Part shown: positions 19,163-29,246 of the stretch, in pieces | Layout of the letters: the number at the start of each line of letters is the position of its first letter | How positions within the stretch are numbered: the first letter of the stretch is position 1 | Notes under the pieces: model-generated | The model's input: the letters and a program-made list of their open reading frames with translations, nothing else | Told to the model about the DNA's origin: nothing | Database searches by the model: none | Position numbers and translations under genes: made by a program | Source: an uncultured delta proteobacterium | Lineage (GTDB): Bacteria; Myxococcota_A; Polyangia; Polyangiales; JAFGIB01 | NCBI GenBank assembly: GCA_963778655.1 | Contig: CAVZVA010000010.1 | Span: 1,472,001 to 1,536,000, forward strand | Direction: 5' to 3' | DNA: 64,000 nucleotides

Positions 19163-20545
19163 ATGGTCATGCAGCGTACCTTCTCGCCGGTCGACGGCAG
19201 CCTGTACGCGGAGCGCGAGCTGTTCGATGGCGCGCAGCTCGAGGCCGCCCTCGCCGGCGCGGCTGCCGCGCAAGCCGCCTGGAGGGCGCAGCCGCTGCCC
19301 GAGCGGATCGCCGCCTGCACGCGCCTGGTCGAGGTGATGCTCGCGCACACGCAGGCGATCGCGCAGGAGATCAGTTGGCAGATCGGCCGGCCGATCCGCC
19401 ACAGCCCGCTCGAGCTGCGCGGTTTCGCCGAGCGTGCCCGCACCATGCTGGAGCTCGCGCCGGAGGCGCTGGCCGATCTCGAGGTGGGCGAGAAGGCGGG
19501 CTTTCACCGCTTCATTCGTCACGAGCCGCTGGGGGTGGTGCTGGTGCTCGCGCCCTGGAACTACCCCTATCTCACCTCCGTCAACGCGGTGATCCCGGCG
19601 CTCGCCGCCGGCAATGCGGTGCTGCTCAAGCACTCCGATCAGACGCCGCTATGCGCCGAGCGCTACAGCGCGGCCGGGCGCGAGGCCGGCCTGCCCGCGG
19701 GGCTGTTGCAGCACGTTCACTGCACCCACGACGACGTGGCCAAGCTGATCGGCGATGCGCGGGTGGGGCTGGTGGCGTTCACCGGCTCGGTCGCAGGCGG
19801 GCACGCGGTGACGCGCGCGGCCGCCGAGCGCTTCGTCGGCGTCGGGCTCGAGCTCGGCGGCAAGGATCCGGCCTACGTGCGCGCCGACGCCGACCTCGGC
19901 CACGCGGTCGAAAACCTGGTCGACGGCGCCTTCTTCAATGCGGGCCAGTCGTGCTGCGCGGTGGAGCGCATCTACGTGCAGCGCGAGCTCTACGACGCGT
20001 TCGTCGGGGGCTTCGTCGAGCTGACCCGGCAGTACGTGCTCGGCAATCCGCTCGAGCCCGAGACCACGCTCGGGCCGCTGGTGCGCACGCGCGCGGCGGA
20101 GCTGGTGCGCACGCAGATCGCCGAAGCGCAGGCGGCCGGCGCGCGTGCGCTGATCGACGCGCGCGCGTTTACCGCGAGTAAGCCCGACACGCCGTACCTC
20201 GCGCCGCAGGTGCTGGTCGGCGTCGACCACCGCATGCGGGTGATGCGCGAGGAATCCTTTGGGCCCGTGATCGGCATCATGGCCGTGGACGATGACGAGC
20301 AGGCGCTGCGCCTGATGAACGACAGTGCGTATGGGCTGACCGCGTCGATCTGGACTCGCGACGAGGGCGCCGCGCTGGCGCTCGGCACCGGCCTGCAGAC
20401 CGGCACGGTGTTCATGAACCGCTGCGACTACCTGGATCCGGCGCTGGCCTGGACCGGCGTCAAGGACTCGGGCCGCGGCTGCACGCTCTCCAAGTTGGGA
20501 TATGGCTACCTGACCCGCCCGAAATCGTTCCATTTTCGGCTGTGA
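19163..20545 (+). CDS. Aldehyde dehydrogenase family protein
   Basis: PWNYP, FTGS, LELGGKDP, FFNAGQSC, EESFGP. Confidence 0.95.
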   Translation: MVMQRTFSPVDGSLYAERELFDGAQLEAALAGAAAAQAAWRAQPLPERIAACTRLVEVMLAHTQAIAQEISWQIGRPIRHSPLELRGFAERARTMLELAPEALADLEVGEKAGFHRFIRHEPLGVVLVLAPWNYPYLTSVNAVIPALAAGNAVLLKHSDQTPLCAERYSAAGREAGLPAGLLQHVHCTHDDVAKLIGDARVGLVAFTGSVAGGHAVTRAAAERFVGVGLELGGKDPAYVRADADLGHAVENLVDGAFFNAGQSCCAVERIYVQRELYDAFVGGFVELTRQYVLGNPLEPETTLGPLVRTRAAELVRTQIAEAQAAGARALIDARAFTASKPDTPYLAPQVLVGVDHRMRVMREESFGPVIGIMAVDDDEQALRLMNDSAYGLTASIWTRDEGAALALGTGLQTGTVFMNRCDYLDPALAWTGVKDSGRGCTLSKLGYGYLTRPKSFHFRL

Positions 20546-20561
20546 CGGCCACGCGGCGCGG

Positions 20562-22406
20562 GTGGCCCAATCGGCGGCTACCGCCTTCGGCCGGACTGAT
20601 CTATATCCACCTTCCCAACTGCTCACGCATAGGCTCCGCCCCCTCGTGTTCGAAGGCATCCGCAGCACCTACCGACTGGCCCGCGCGTTCTCGCGGGGAG
20701 GCGCGCGAAGCAACAGAACGCTCGCTGCGATATTCGAACGGCATGCGCGCTCCAGCCGGGCGGAGCATCCGTTCCTGCTGTATGGAGACCAGCGTTTCAG
20801 CTACCGCGAGGCCAACGCGCTGATCAATCGCCACGTGGGCGTCTACAAGACGCTCGGCATCGGGCGAGGCGACGTGGTCGCGCTACTGATGGACAACCGG
20901 CCCGAGTTCCTGTGGCACTTCCTGGCCGCGGGCAAGCTGGGCGCGATCGCGAGCCTGATCAACACGCACAACAGCGGCGCGCCCCTGGCGCACTCGCTGC
21001 GCATCTGCTCGCCGTCGCTGATCGTGGTCGGCTCCGAGCACGCCGAGGCATTTGAGGCCGTACGCCCCGAGCTGGGCCTTACGGCCAAGCTGCTGCTCGA
21101 CATCGATCCCGAGCAACCGGCGGGTGCGCCGCTGCCCGAGCTGCCGCTGCTCGGACCATTGTTGCAGCAGGCCAGCGAGGAGGATCCGCCCGAGACCGGA
21201 CAGCACGAGCTCAAGGACATGGCCGCGTACATCTACACCAGCGGCACGACCGGCCTGCCCAAGGCTGCGCTCGTGCGCCACCAGCGGCTCTACTTCCTGG
21301 CACACAGCTTCGCCGCCATGGTCTGGCGCCTGCGGGACGATGACGTGCTGTACAACTGCCTGCCGCTCTATCACACCAACGGTCTGGGTGGGTGCACGAG
21401 CGCGGTCATCACGCGTGGCGCCACGCTGGCGCTGGCGCGCCGCTTTTCGGCCAGCGCGTTCTGGGACGACCTGCGGCGCCACCAGGCGACGGGCTTCATC
21501 TACATCGGCGAGCTGTGCCGCTACCTGGCGGTTCGCCCCGAGCAGCCCGGTGATCGCGAGCATCGCGTGCGGGTCATGGTCGGAAACGGCTTGCGAGGCG
21601 ACATCTGGTCCGTGTTCAAGGAGCGCTTCGGCATCGAACGCATCATCGAGTTTTACGGCTCGACCGAGGGCAATGCCGCGAGCGTGAACTTCAACGGCCC
21701 GGCCGGCTCGGTCGGGCGGCTGTACCCGGGCTCTGTGCTCGCGCGTTGGGATGACGAGGCCGAGGACTTCATGCACGGTCCCGACGGCTTCTTGGTCAAG
21801 TGCAAGCGCGGCGAGCCAGGCGTGCTGCTCGGGCGCATCCGCGGCAACAACGGCTTCGACGGCTACCGCGACCGCAGCGAGACCGAGCGCAAGGTCATTC
21901 GCGGCGCCTTCCGCAAGGGCGACGCCTGGTTCAACACCGGCGACCTGCTGCGCACCGACGCGAAGGGCAACCTGTTCTTCGTCGACCGTATGGGCGACAC
22001 CTTCCGCTGGAAGGGCGAGAACGTCTCGACCTTCGAGGTGCAGGAGCAGATCGCGGGCTTCCCCGACGCGGTCGAGGTCAACGTGTACGGGGTGCGGGTG
22101 CCCGGCACCGAGGGGCGCGCCGGCATGGTCGCGCTGGTGCTGCGCAACGGCTTCGACCCGCAAGCCTTCAAGCGGCACGTCGACGCGCGGCTGGCGGCCT
22201 ATGCGCGGCCGCTGCTGGTGCGCGTCCAGGACAAGCTGGAGGTGACCTCGACCTTCAAGCTCAAGAAGGCGGGCCTGCGCGACGAGGGCTTCGACCCGAG
22301 CGTCTCGCCCGACCCGCTCTACCTGCGCCACCCGGAGCGCGACGCCTACGTGCCGCTGACTCCGGACTTGTTCGAGGAGCTGCGGGCGGGCCGCCTGCGG
22401 CTGTGA
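20562..22406 (+). CDS. Long-chain acyl-CoA synthetase (FATP/FadD6-like)
   Basis: YIYTSGTTGLPK, YIGELCRYL, EFYGSTEG, FVDRMGDTFRWKGENVST, TSTFK. Confidence 0.93.
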   Translation: MAQSAATAFGRTDLYPPSQLLTHRLRPLVFEGIRSTYRLARAFSRGGARSNRTLAAIFERHARSSRAEHPFLLYGDQRFSYREANALINRHVGVYKTLGIGRGDVVALLMDNRPEFLWHFLAAGKLGAIASLINTHNSGAPLAHSLRICSPSLIVVGSEHAEAFEAVRPELGLTAKLLLDIDPEQPAGAPLPELPLLGPLLQQASEEDPPETGQHELKDMAAYIYTSGTTGLPKAALVRHQRLYFLAHSFAAMVWRLRDDDVLYNCLPLYHTNGLGGCTSAVITRGATLALARRFSASAFWDDLRRHQATGFIYIGELCRYLAVRPEQPGDREHRVRVMVGNGLRGDIWSVFKERFGIERIIEFYGSTEGNAASVNFNGPAGSVGRLYPGSVLARWDDEAEDFMHGPDGFLVKCKRGEPGVLLGRIRGNNGFDGYRDRSETERKVIRGAFRKGDAWFNTGDLLRTDAKGNLFFVDRMGDTFRWKGENVSTFEVQEQIAGFPDAVEVNVYGVRVPGTEGRAGMVALVLRNGFDPQAFKRHVDARLAAYARPLLVRVQDKLEVTSTFKLKKAGLRDEGFDPSVSPDPLYLRHPERDAYVPLTPDLFEELRAGRLRL

Positions 22407-23992
22407 GCGGGCTGCCGCGCTGCTGCGCTTCGGCCTGCCCGCGGCAAGTAGACGCGATAGTCGTCTACCGCCAGCTTGCGATACTTCACCCGGTTCGCGA
22501 GCCGCGCGTTTTCCACCGAGTCCTTGTGAAGAACCAGCGCGGGCGCTCTCGCTCGGGCGACGAGGCGATCGTATTCGGGATGCCGACTTCCGCCGGGGTG
22601 AAGCCCTTTGCTGCTCGAGACGATCCTTTCTTGGCTTTCGAACAGCAATCTCCACTGGACGAAGTACGTGGTCCGCACGCGATCGATCCCGTTGTGATCC
22701 AAGAGGACGACGATCTTTCGTACCGAGTCTCCGGGCACGAGGACGTTGTGGATGGTTCCGTCACCCATGAGCACGTCGTCGTCCACCCATGAGCCTTGCA
22801 GGGCATCGACAGAGGTCAAGACGCCCGAGGCGAGCAGCCACAATCCGGCCAGCCAGCCCGCGGCGTATGGAAGGCCGAGCCTCGCGCGAGGCGTCGAGCA
22901 CGTGAGTCGGGACAGGCCGAGGGCGGCGAGCAAGAGAACGGGCATGAAGACCGGCAAGAAGTAGCGCGGGCTGCTATTACTGCGGTCGTTCAGCACGACC
23001 AGCGGAAGCTGGATCAGCAACTGCAAGCCGCAAAGAGCCGCGAGGTCGAGCTTTCCCTTGGCGGCTGGTTTGCGCCCGCGTGCCCAGCTGACGATCGCGA
23101 ACGAGGCTGCCGCGAGATACACGAGGGCTTCGGCGCAGGCGCGCGCGCCCGTCCGCTTTGGATAGCCGTCGACGTTGCCGGCGCGAAAGAACGCCGGCAG
23201 GTGCTCGACCAGGCGCGGAGCCACCGCGGCCCATCGTATCGAAGAATGCCTGGCCGCGCCCGAGATGTAGCGCAGGTTCGCGAAATCATGCGCAAGGTTG
23301 TAGACCAGGGCAGGCGCGAGCCCGAGCGCCGCACCGCACGCGAGCGTCAGGATGGCTTTCGTGTTGATGAAGCCCGGCCGCGTGACCGCCGTGTAGAGCG
23401 CCATCGCCAGGAAGAGCGGAGCGATCAGCTCCAGGCTGTAATAGGAGAATCCAGCCGTCAGACCCAGCACAAAGAGCCGCCCGCCGGCGTGTTGCTCATC
23501 CTCGTCGATGCTGAACAGCAGATAGAGGGAAAGGGCTGTGAAGAACGGAATCTCGGCGTAGCCGCCCCTCGCCTTGTAGCTCCATTCGAACAACGGGCTT
23601 CCAACCGCGCTCAGGCCGGCTGCCCACAAGCCGGCGCTGCCGCCCCAGGCCCTGCTGCAGAGCAAGTAGACCAGCAGCAGCGAGGCGAGCGAGAAGATCA
23701 GCGGGAATGCCTTCACCGCCACCGCAGAGATTCCCGCCAGCTTGAAGACCGCGGCCGCGAGCACGGCTTCGATCGCGCCGCCGCCGGCGTACGGCTGGCC
23801 CCAGAAGTAGACCGGTATCTCCCCGTTGCGCAGGACATGAATCGCCATCATGCCGACGACCGACTCATCGCCGTCGAGCCAACACTTCGAACGCAACAGC
23901 ACGGCCACGCGAAGCGCCGTGGTCGCCAGCAAGATCAAGCTGAAGACGCGATCTCGAGCGCTCAGTCGGGCGATCGCGGGCAGGCGCGGCAT
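22346..23992 (-). CDS. GT-C fold membrane glycosyltransferase (ArnT/PMT-like)
   Basis: DGDE acidic loop after the first TM, YFWGQPY, many TM helices, PRYFLP; the 3' end overlaps the convergent gene. Confidence 0.75.
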   Translation of the reverse strand: MPRLPAIARLSARDRVFSLILLATTALRVAVLLRSKCWLDGDESVVGMMAIHVLRNGEIPVYFWGQPYAGGGAIEAVLAAAVFKLAGISAVAVKAFPLIFSLASLLLVYLLCSRAWGGSAGLWAAGLSAVGSPLFEWSYKARGGYAEIPFFTALSLYLLFSIDEDEQHAGGRLFVLGLTAGFSYYSLELIAPLFLAMALYTAVTRPGFINTKAILTLACGAALGLAPALVYNLAHDFANLRYISGAARHSSIRWAAVAPRLVEHLPAFFRAGNVDGYPKRTGARACAEALVYLAAASFAIVSWARGRKPAAKGKLDLAALCGLQLLIQLPLVVLNDRSNSSPRYFLPVFMPVLLLAALGLSRLTCSTPRARLGLPYAAGWLAGLWLLASGVLTSVDALQGSWVDDDVLMGDGTIHNVLVPGDSVRKIVVLLDHNGIDRVRTTYFVQWRLLFESQERIVSSSKGLHPGGSRHPEYDRLVARARAPALVLHKDSVENARLANRVKYRKLAVDDYRVYLPRAGRSAAARQPAHSRRRPARSSSNKSGVSGT

Positions 23993-24083
23993 GGGCGCAG
24001 CTTATGCCGGCGATCGGTCCGATTCCAATCCGCGCGACGCGTGCGCGCCGCTTGCCGCCGAGCGCGATCGATCCGGGCCCCGC

Positions 24084-24746
24084 TCAGCCCAGCTCGAGCG
24101 TCGCCAGCAGCGCGCTGTGATCGCCGCCCGACAGGCGCAGCACCTCCAGCCCGCCCACCTGCAATCCGTGCAGCAACACGTGGTCGATGCGCAGCAACCG
24201 CGGCCAGCGCGCGCCCGGGCCCCAGGTCGGACGCGGCCGCCGGCCTTGCTCGAGCGCGGCGTCGCGCAGCGTCGCGCGCAGCGCGCGATACGCCGGCATC
24301 GAGGGCAGCGAGTTGAGGTCGCCGGCGAGCACGCGCCGCAGCGGCTCGCGCCGCAGGTGCTCGCGCAGCGCGCGCACCTGCCGGCGGCGCTGGGGCAGGC
24401 GGCCGAGCGCGGTCGGCGCCGACAGATGTACGTTGAGGATCTCCAGCGTCTCGCCCAGCCCGGCCCATGCCGTGGGCTCGAGCCGTGCGCTGAGCGCGTC
24501 GCGCGTGGGCAGCGACAAACGCGAGACGCGCGCCGGCCGCCGCAGCGCCAGCCCCATCCCGCGGCAGTCGCGCGAAGGCAGCAGGAGGCCGTGCGGCAGC
24601 GCGCGTTCGATGACCTGCGCCTGCTCCGGCGCGAGCTCCTGGACCAGCACTACGTCGGGCTCACGCTCGGCGATCAGTTGTCCGAGGGCGCGCGGCTCGG
24701 CGCGGCCGTTCCACAGATTCGCGGTGAGCAGGCGCAGCGTGGTCAT
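24084..24746 (-). CDS. Endonuclease/exonuclease/phosphatase (EEP) family protein
   Basis: LRLLTANL, PDVVLVQE, LNVHL, AGDLN, RIDHVL, GDH. Confidence 0.88.
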   Translation of the reverse strand: MTTLRLLTANLWNGRAEPRALGQLIAEREPDVVLVQELAPEQAQVIERALPHGLLLPSRDCRGMGLALRRPARVSRLSLPTRDALSARLEPTAWAGLGETLEILNVHLSAPTALGRLPQRRRQVRALREHLRREPLRRVLAGDLNSLPSMPAYRALRATLRDAALEQGRRPRPTWGPGARWPRLLRIDHVLLHGLQVGGLEVLRLSGGDHSALLATLELG

Positions 24747-24943
24747 GCGGCGCGAAGCATACACCGCCGAGGCTCGTGCCGAGACCCGGCTCCCTTTGCG
24801 GGCGGCGAGGCGGCTTGCGCTCGGGCTGGTGAGGCGGGCTACGGGACAACGTGCGCGCGCTCGCACAGCGCACGACAGCGGCCTGCGCTGTCGGCCCGGA
24901 CCCCCGTGGCTGCGCTTGCGCAGCGGCTTTACGCTTGAGGTGC

Positions 24944-26614
24944 GTGCAGCAAGGCGATGCACCCCCGTCCGGCTCGCTCAAGCTACGGCGCCCACGCAAG
25001 GCCGCCGCCGTGGCGCAAGGCGGCGACGCCCAGCGCCGGGCGCAAGAGCTGGGCGACGTGCTCGATGCGCTGGTGCGCGCGTTGCGGCAGGGCGACACGC
25101 TCTCGGAAGGTCTGGCGCGGCGCGCGCGCGAGCTGTGGCTGGCCGAGCACGAGCATCTCGTGCAGTGGCGTCCGACTGAGCTGCGTGCAGGTGGTCGTCT
25201 GGTGCTGGCAGCCGCGGCCGCTAGTGGTCGCTTCATTCTGCCCGCCTACGACGCCGGCTTGCGCGCGATCGCGATCCGCAGCGCCAGCACCTCGGCGGAC
25301 ATCGTGCGTCTGGCGGCGCGTCTGGCCGCGCTCGAGGCCGGGCGCTTCGACGGCTCCGGCTTTGCAGCCTGGCTGTGGCGCGGCGGCGCGCTCGGCTTCG
25401 ACGTCGCGCAGACCGCCACCGTCGAGGAGCTTGGCGCCGCGCTGATCGGCGCCGAGCTCGACGAGGCCGCGCACTGGAGCCGGCGTTCTGAGCAAGCGGT
25501 AGGCTTGTGGAACGACCAGGCCTGGCGCGCGGCGCAGGCCCTGCCCGCCGCCGCGCTGGCCGAGCGCTTCGGCGCGCCGCTGCTGCGAATGCAGCAGCGC
25601 GCGCTCGGCGGCGAGCTCGCGCTTGTGCGCGAAGACGCGCAGCGGCTGCGCCGCATGGCGGACGACCCCGGGCGCTGGGCGGCCGCCGAGCTCGCGTTGC
25701 TCGCCGATCAGCCGTGGCTGCGCCCGGCGCTCGGCGCAGGTCAGCTCGGCTTTCGCATGGTCGAGCTGATCGAAGGCAGCTCCGAGCTCGACGACGATCT
25801 GCTCGATCTGTTCGCCGCGTTCGACGTGAGCCCGCCCGAGGTGGAGGCCGGCGCACCGCTCGACCTCGCGCTGGTAGGCGAGGCGTTCGGCTGCAAGCTG
25901 TTGTGCGGCGGGCTCGAGCTCGAGGGGTTGCTGCGCCTGGCGCAGCGCTGCGATCCGGCGCTGTTGTCGGGCGTGATCGCCGCGCTGTGCGCGCGCGCCG
26001 AGGACGACGAGGTCGCGGTGCAGGCGCTGGTCGACCTGTCGCGCCACCTGGGTGCGAGCGCCTTGTTCGAGCGCATCGAGCTGACGCGGCTCGGGCCCCA
26101 GCTCGGGCTGGCGCTGGTCGCGGCCGCGCTCGGGCAGGGCATGGCGCAGCCGCTGCTGCTGGAGGTGCTGGCCCGCGTTCCGGTGACGACCGCGCTCAAG
26201 GTGTTGTGCGCGCAACGCGAGCTGCTCGCGCGCGCCCAGCCGCTGATCGAGCGCATGCTGGGCGAGCAGCCGCAGACGTGCGGACCGCTGCTGCCCGCCG
26301 TGGTCGAGGCCGGCCCGGCAGGGGCGCGCGCGGTCGGCTCCGTGTTGCTCGCGCGGGCGGGCGCTGGGCTCTCCCGGCCCGTGCTGCGCGCGGCGCTCGC
26401 GGCGCTGGTGCGCGCCGGCCAGGGTGCGCTGTTCGTGTTGCCGCTGTGGGACTCGCGCAATCACGAGAGCTCGGCGCGCCTGGCCGCGCTGGCCGCGCTC
26501 GAGACCGACCCGGCGCTGCTCGCGCGCGCCGTGCGCGGGCGGGCGATCGCGCTGCTCGAGCCGCCCGAGATCCGCGAGGCGCTCGAGGAGCTGCGCTGGA
26601 GGCAGCCGCGATGA
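24944..26614 (+). CDS. Hypothetical Ala/Leu-rich helical protein (HEAT-like)
   Basis: Long ORF with high-GC codon usage, GAGG before GTG 24944, ATGA overlap with the next gene; no catalytic motif seen. Confidence 0.65.
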   Translation: MQQGDAPPSGSLKLRRPRKAAAVAQGGDAQRRAQELGDVLDALVRALRQGDTLSEGLARRARELWLAEHEHLVQWRPTELRAGGRLVLAAAAASGRFILPAYDAGLRAIAIRSASTSADIVRLAARLAALEAGRFDGSGFAAWLWRGGALGFDVAQTATVEELGAALIGAELDEAAHWSRRSEQAVGLWNDQAWRAAQALPAAALAERFGAPLLRMQQRALGGELALVREDAQRLRRMADDPGRWAAAELALLADQPWLRPALGAGQLGFRMVELIEGSSELDDDLLDLFAAFDVSPPEVEAGAPLDLALVGEAFGCKLLCGGLELEGLLRLAQRCDPALLSGVIAALCARAEDDEVAVQALVDLSRHLGASALFERIELTRLGPQLGLALVAAALGQGMAQPLLLEVLARVPVTTALKVLCAQRELLARAQPLIERMLGEQPQTCGPLLPAVVEAGPAGARAVGSVLLARAGAGLSRPVLRAALAALVRAGQGALFVLPLWDSRNHESSARLAALAALETDPALLARAVRGRAIALLEPPEIREALEELRWRQPR

Positions 26615-27861
26615 ATGACAAGCCCGATGCGCTCCAGGCGCAGGCGTCTGCGGTCGAGGCGCTCGAGCAGCTGTTCGCGCTCACGCGCGAGATCGCGCTG
26701 CGCGGCGTGGACGAGGCGGCCGGCTCGCCGAGCATGCGCGCGTTGCAGCGGGCGCTTTCCCGGGCCGCGCCGCCGTTTTCGCTGCAGCTGCTGAGCGACG
26801 CAGTGCTGCGAGACAGGCGGCCGTTGCCGCTGTCGTCCGAGCAGCTGCGGCGCTGCCAGTCGCTGTGCGCCGCGTTTGCGCGCTGGGGCGTGCAGCAGGT
26901 GAGCTTCGACGAGGTGCCGGAACCGGATGCGCTGCTGCAGCTGGCCAAGGCGTTGTTCACCGTCACCAACAGCGGTGGCGGCTCGCGGCCGCCGCAGCTG
27001 CCGGGCCTGCGCTTTGCCGCGCTGTCGCGTCCGGGGCTCCACCCGGCGCCGAGCGAGGCGCTGCTCGACGTGTACCTGAGCGAGCAGATCGCGCGCGCGG
27101 TCGAGCACGCGCAGCAGTTGGCGGCCGGCGGCCGAGCCTGGCCGATCGCCGCGGCCCAATCGCTGGTGTGGCGGATCGAGCGCTGCCTGGCCGCGGGCGT
27201 GAGCGCGACCGCGCGTGCGATCGAGCTGGCACAGGTGCCGTGGCCGCTGGGGCGGCGCAGCGTGGCCGCGGCCTTCTACGCCGGGGCCACCCTCTCGCGC
27301 CTGCAGGTCAGCCCGCTGTCGCAGCGCGCCGCGATGCACGCGATGCTCGCGCTGTGCCGTTACGGCTTGTGCGAGCGCGGCGGCGAGCCGCTGCAGGGTG
27401 CCGCGCAGCTCGCGGCGCCGGCGTTGTCGGCGGCGGCGGCGGGCGGCGCGCTCGACCCGCACGGCTTGCGCGTGTGCACGCTGCTGCAGGCCGCGTGCGC
27501 GCGCGATGGCCGTTTCGCGCCGCCCTTGCTGCCGCTGCTGCGCGCGGTTTACGAGCTCGAGCGAAGGCGGCAGCCCGCCGAGCCGGAGCTGTGGCTGTCG
27601 CGGGTCGATCTGCAGGCCTGGCTTGCAGGCGCCCTCGACCACGAGCTCGATCCCTCGTGGGGACGCGCGTTGCTCGGCGTGCTCGGCCTGTTGCCGGCCG
27701 GCAGCCACGTCCTGGCCGACGGGCGGCTGGGGGTGGTCATGGCGGCGAGCGAACAGGGCGGGCCGCTGCGCCCGCGGATCTTGGTCGGCGGGCAGATGCT
27801 CGTGCCCGAGCAGCCGGCGCAGGCGTGCTCTCCGCTCGGCATGACCCCCTGGGCAAAATGA
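26611..27861 (+). CDS. Hypothetical protein, possibly a degenerate HD-GYP-like protein
   Basis: ATG overlaps the upstream stop; C-terminus LLGVLGLLPAGSHVLADGRLGVV..PLRPRI resembles tails that follow HD-GYP domains; no HD or GYP motif. Confidence 0.6.
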   Translation: MNDKPDALQAQASAVEALEQLFALTREIALRGVDEAAGSPSMRALQRALSRAAPPFSLQLLSDAVLRDRRPLPLSSEQLRRCQSLCAAFARWGVQQVSFDEVPEPDALLQLAKALFTVTNSGGGSRPPQLPGLRFAALSRPGLHPAPSEALLDVYLSEQIARAVEHAQQLAAGGRAWPIAAAQSLVWRIERCLAAGVSATARAIELAQVPWPLGRRSVAAAFYAGATLSRLQVSPLSQRAAMHAMLALCRYGLCERGGEPLQGAAQLAAPALSAAAAGGALDPHGLRVCTLLQAACARDGRFAPPLLPLLRAVYELERRRQPAEPELWLSRVDLQAWLAGALDHELDPSWGRALLGVLGLLPAGSHVLADGRLGVVMAASEQGGPLRPRILVGGQMLVPEQPAQACSPLGMTPWAK

Positions 27862-27907
27862 GATAGTCCCCGTCCGGAAACGCAGCCGCCCTGGCACCAA
27901 GAGATCC

Positions 27908-27970
27908 ACAGGAAGACGGGAAGATGGGAAGCCCCGAGTGTTTGTTCTCCTCGCCTTCCCGTCTTCCTGT
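27908..27970. repeat. REP-like palindrome, copy 2
   Basis: Arms ACAGGAAGACGGGAAG and CTTCCCGTCTTCCTGT form a perfect 16-bp inverted pair. Confidence 0.75.
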
Positions 27971-28068
27971 TGAATCCTCCGAACGCCGTTCGAGCCGTGC
28001 GCGTTTCCGGATGCCGGCGCTGCTGCAAGCGCCGGCCGGCTTGCGCGTGCGAGCGTGGTGGCTATGTC

Positions 28069-29010
28069 ATGGCCGTGAGGGGCTATGCCGTCGGGTTATG
28101 CCTGGGCTTGGCGTGCGGGTGCGGGGCGAGCTCGCAGGCCGCACCTGCGGTGAGCTCGCAGCCTGCGGCGGCGCCCGCGATCAGCTTGAAGGACGCCATG
28201 CGCCATCACTTCGCGGACGCCACCGCGGCGCGTGACGCGGTGATCGCGGGCCGGCTCGAGGACACGCGTCCTCCGCTGCGCGCGTTGGCCGCGGCGGCGC
28301 CGGAACGCGTGCTGCCCGACGACTGGGTGCCATGGATGATGGACATGGCTGCGGTGGCACGTGAGGGCGCGCAGGCGCGCACGCTGGACGAGGCGGCCGC
28401 CGCGGTGGCGATGCTGGGCGCGTCCTGTGGCGATTGTCACCGCACGACCCACGGCGGGCCGCGCGATCCGGCCAGCACCAAGGCCGACTACCAGCCCGAG
28501 GGGCGCACGGGGCTTGCGGAGAAGATGGCCCGGCACCGCTTCGCGGCCGACGCGTTGTGGTTGGGCTTGACCGGCCCGCAGCACCAGGCTTGGGCGCGGG
28601 GCGCGGCGGCGCTGATGAACATCAATGTTCCGTCGCTGGTCACCGCGCAAGGCCGTCCCGTGGTTCAAGACCGTGCGGCCAGCGGCGAAGGCACGCTGCA
28701 GGGCGAGGCCGATCCACGCCTCCCCGAGCAGGAGCAAGCGCAGCAGCAGCAACAAGCGGAGCAGGACCAACCGCCGCAGGGACAAGCGGAGCCCTCGGCG
28801 CAAGCGGACCAGCCCAAAGCGCCTTCGGCCGCCGGCACGATCGATCTCGACGCCGCGCTGCGCGCCCTGCGCGAGCTCGGCAAGCAGGCCGACCAGGCCA
28901 AGATCGCCAGCGAGAAACAGGCGGTGTTCGGCAAGGTGATCGCGCGTTGCGGCGACTGCCACGCCGCGCTCGGCATTCATGTGAAGCTGATTCCGGTGAG
29001 CCCGGACTGA
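28069..29010 (+). CDS. Exported diheme c-type cytochrome with two cytochrome c'-like modules
   Basis: Signal/lipobox; CGDCH at 28426-28440 and 28948-28962, each ending a module that starts M(R/A)(H/R)H. Confidence 0.8.
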   Translation: MAVRGYAVGLCLGLACGCGASSQAAPAVSSQPAAAPAISLKDAMRHHFADATAARDAVIAGRLEDTRPPLRALAAAAPERVLPDDWVPWMMDMAAVAREGAQARTLDEAAAAVAMLGASCGDCHRTTHGGPRDPASTKADYQPEGRTGLAEKMARHRFAADALWLGLTGPQHQAWARGAAALMNINVPSLVTAQGRPVVQDRAASGEGTLQGEADPRLPEQEQAQQQQQAEQDQPPQGQAEPSAQADQPKAPSAAGTIDLDAALRALRELGKQADQAKIASEKQAVFGKVIARCGDCHAALGIHVKLIPVSPD

Positions 29011-29246
29011 TTCGCTGGCGCGTCGCGGGCACACCGGCTGCAAGCGCGGTCTGCGCTTGCGGCAGTGAGCGCGCCGGCGCGCGCGGCTGGGCTCGCGTCC
29101 GCGTATGTCGCCGCGGTTTCTGCGCGGTTTCTCGGCCGCATAATCGCCTCTGCCCGTGGCGAAACACCTCCCCAGGCCGCCCGGAATCTGCCAGCGTCGA
29201 GCTGGCCGAGCTGGCGCCGGCAGTCGTCCGCGCGGAGGCTGCTCTC

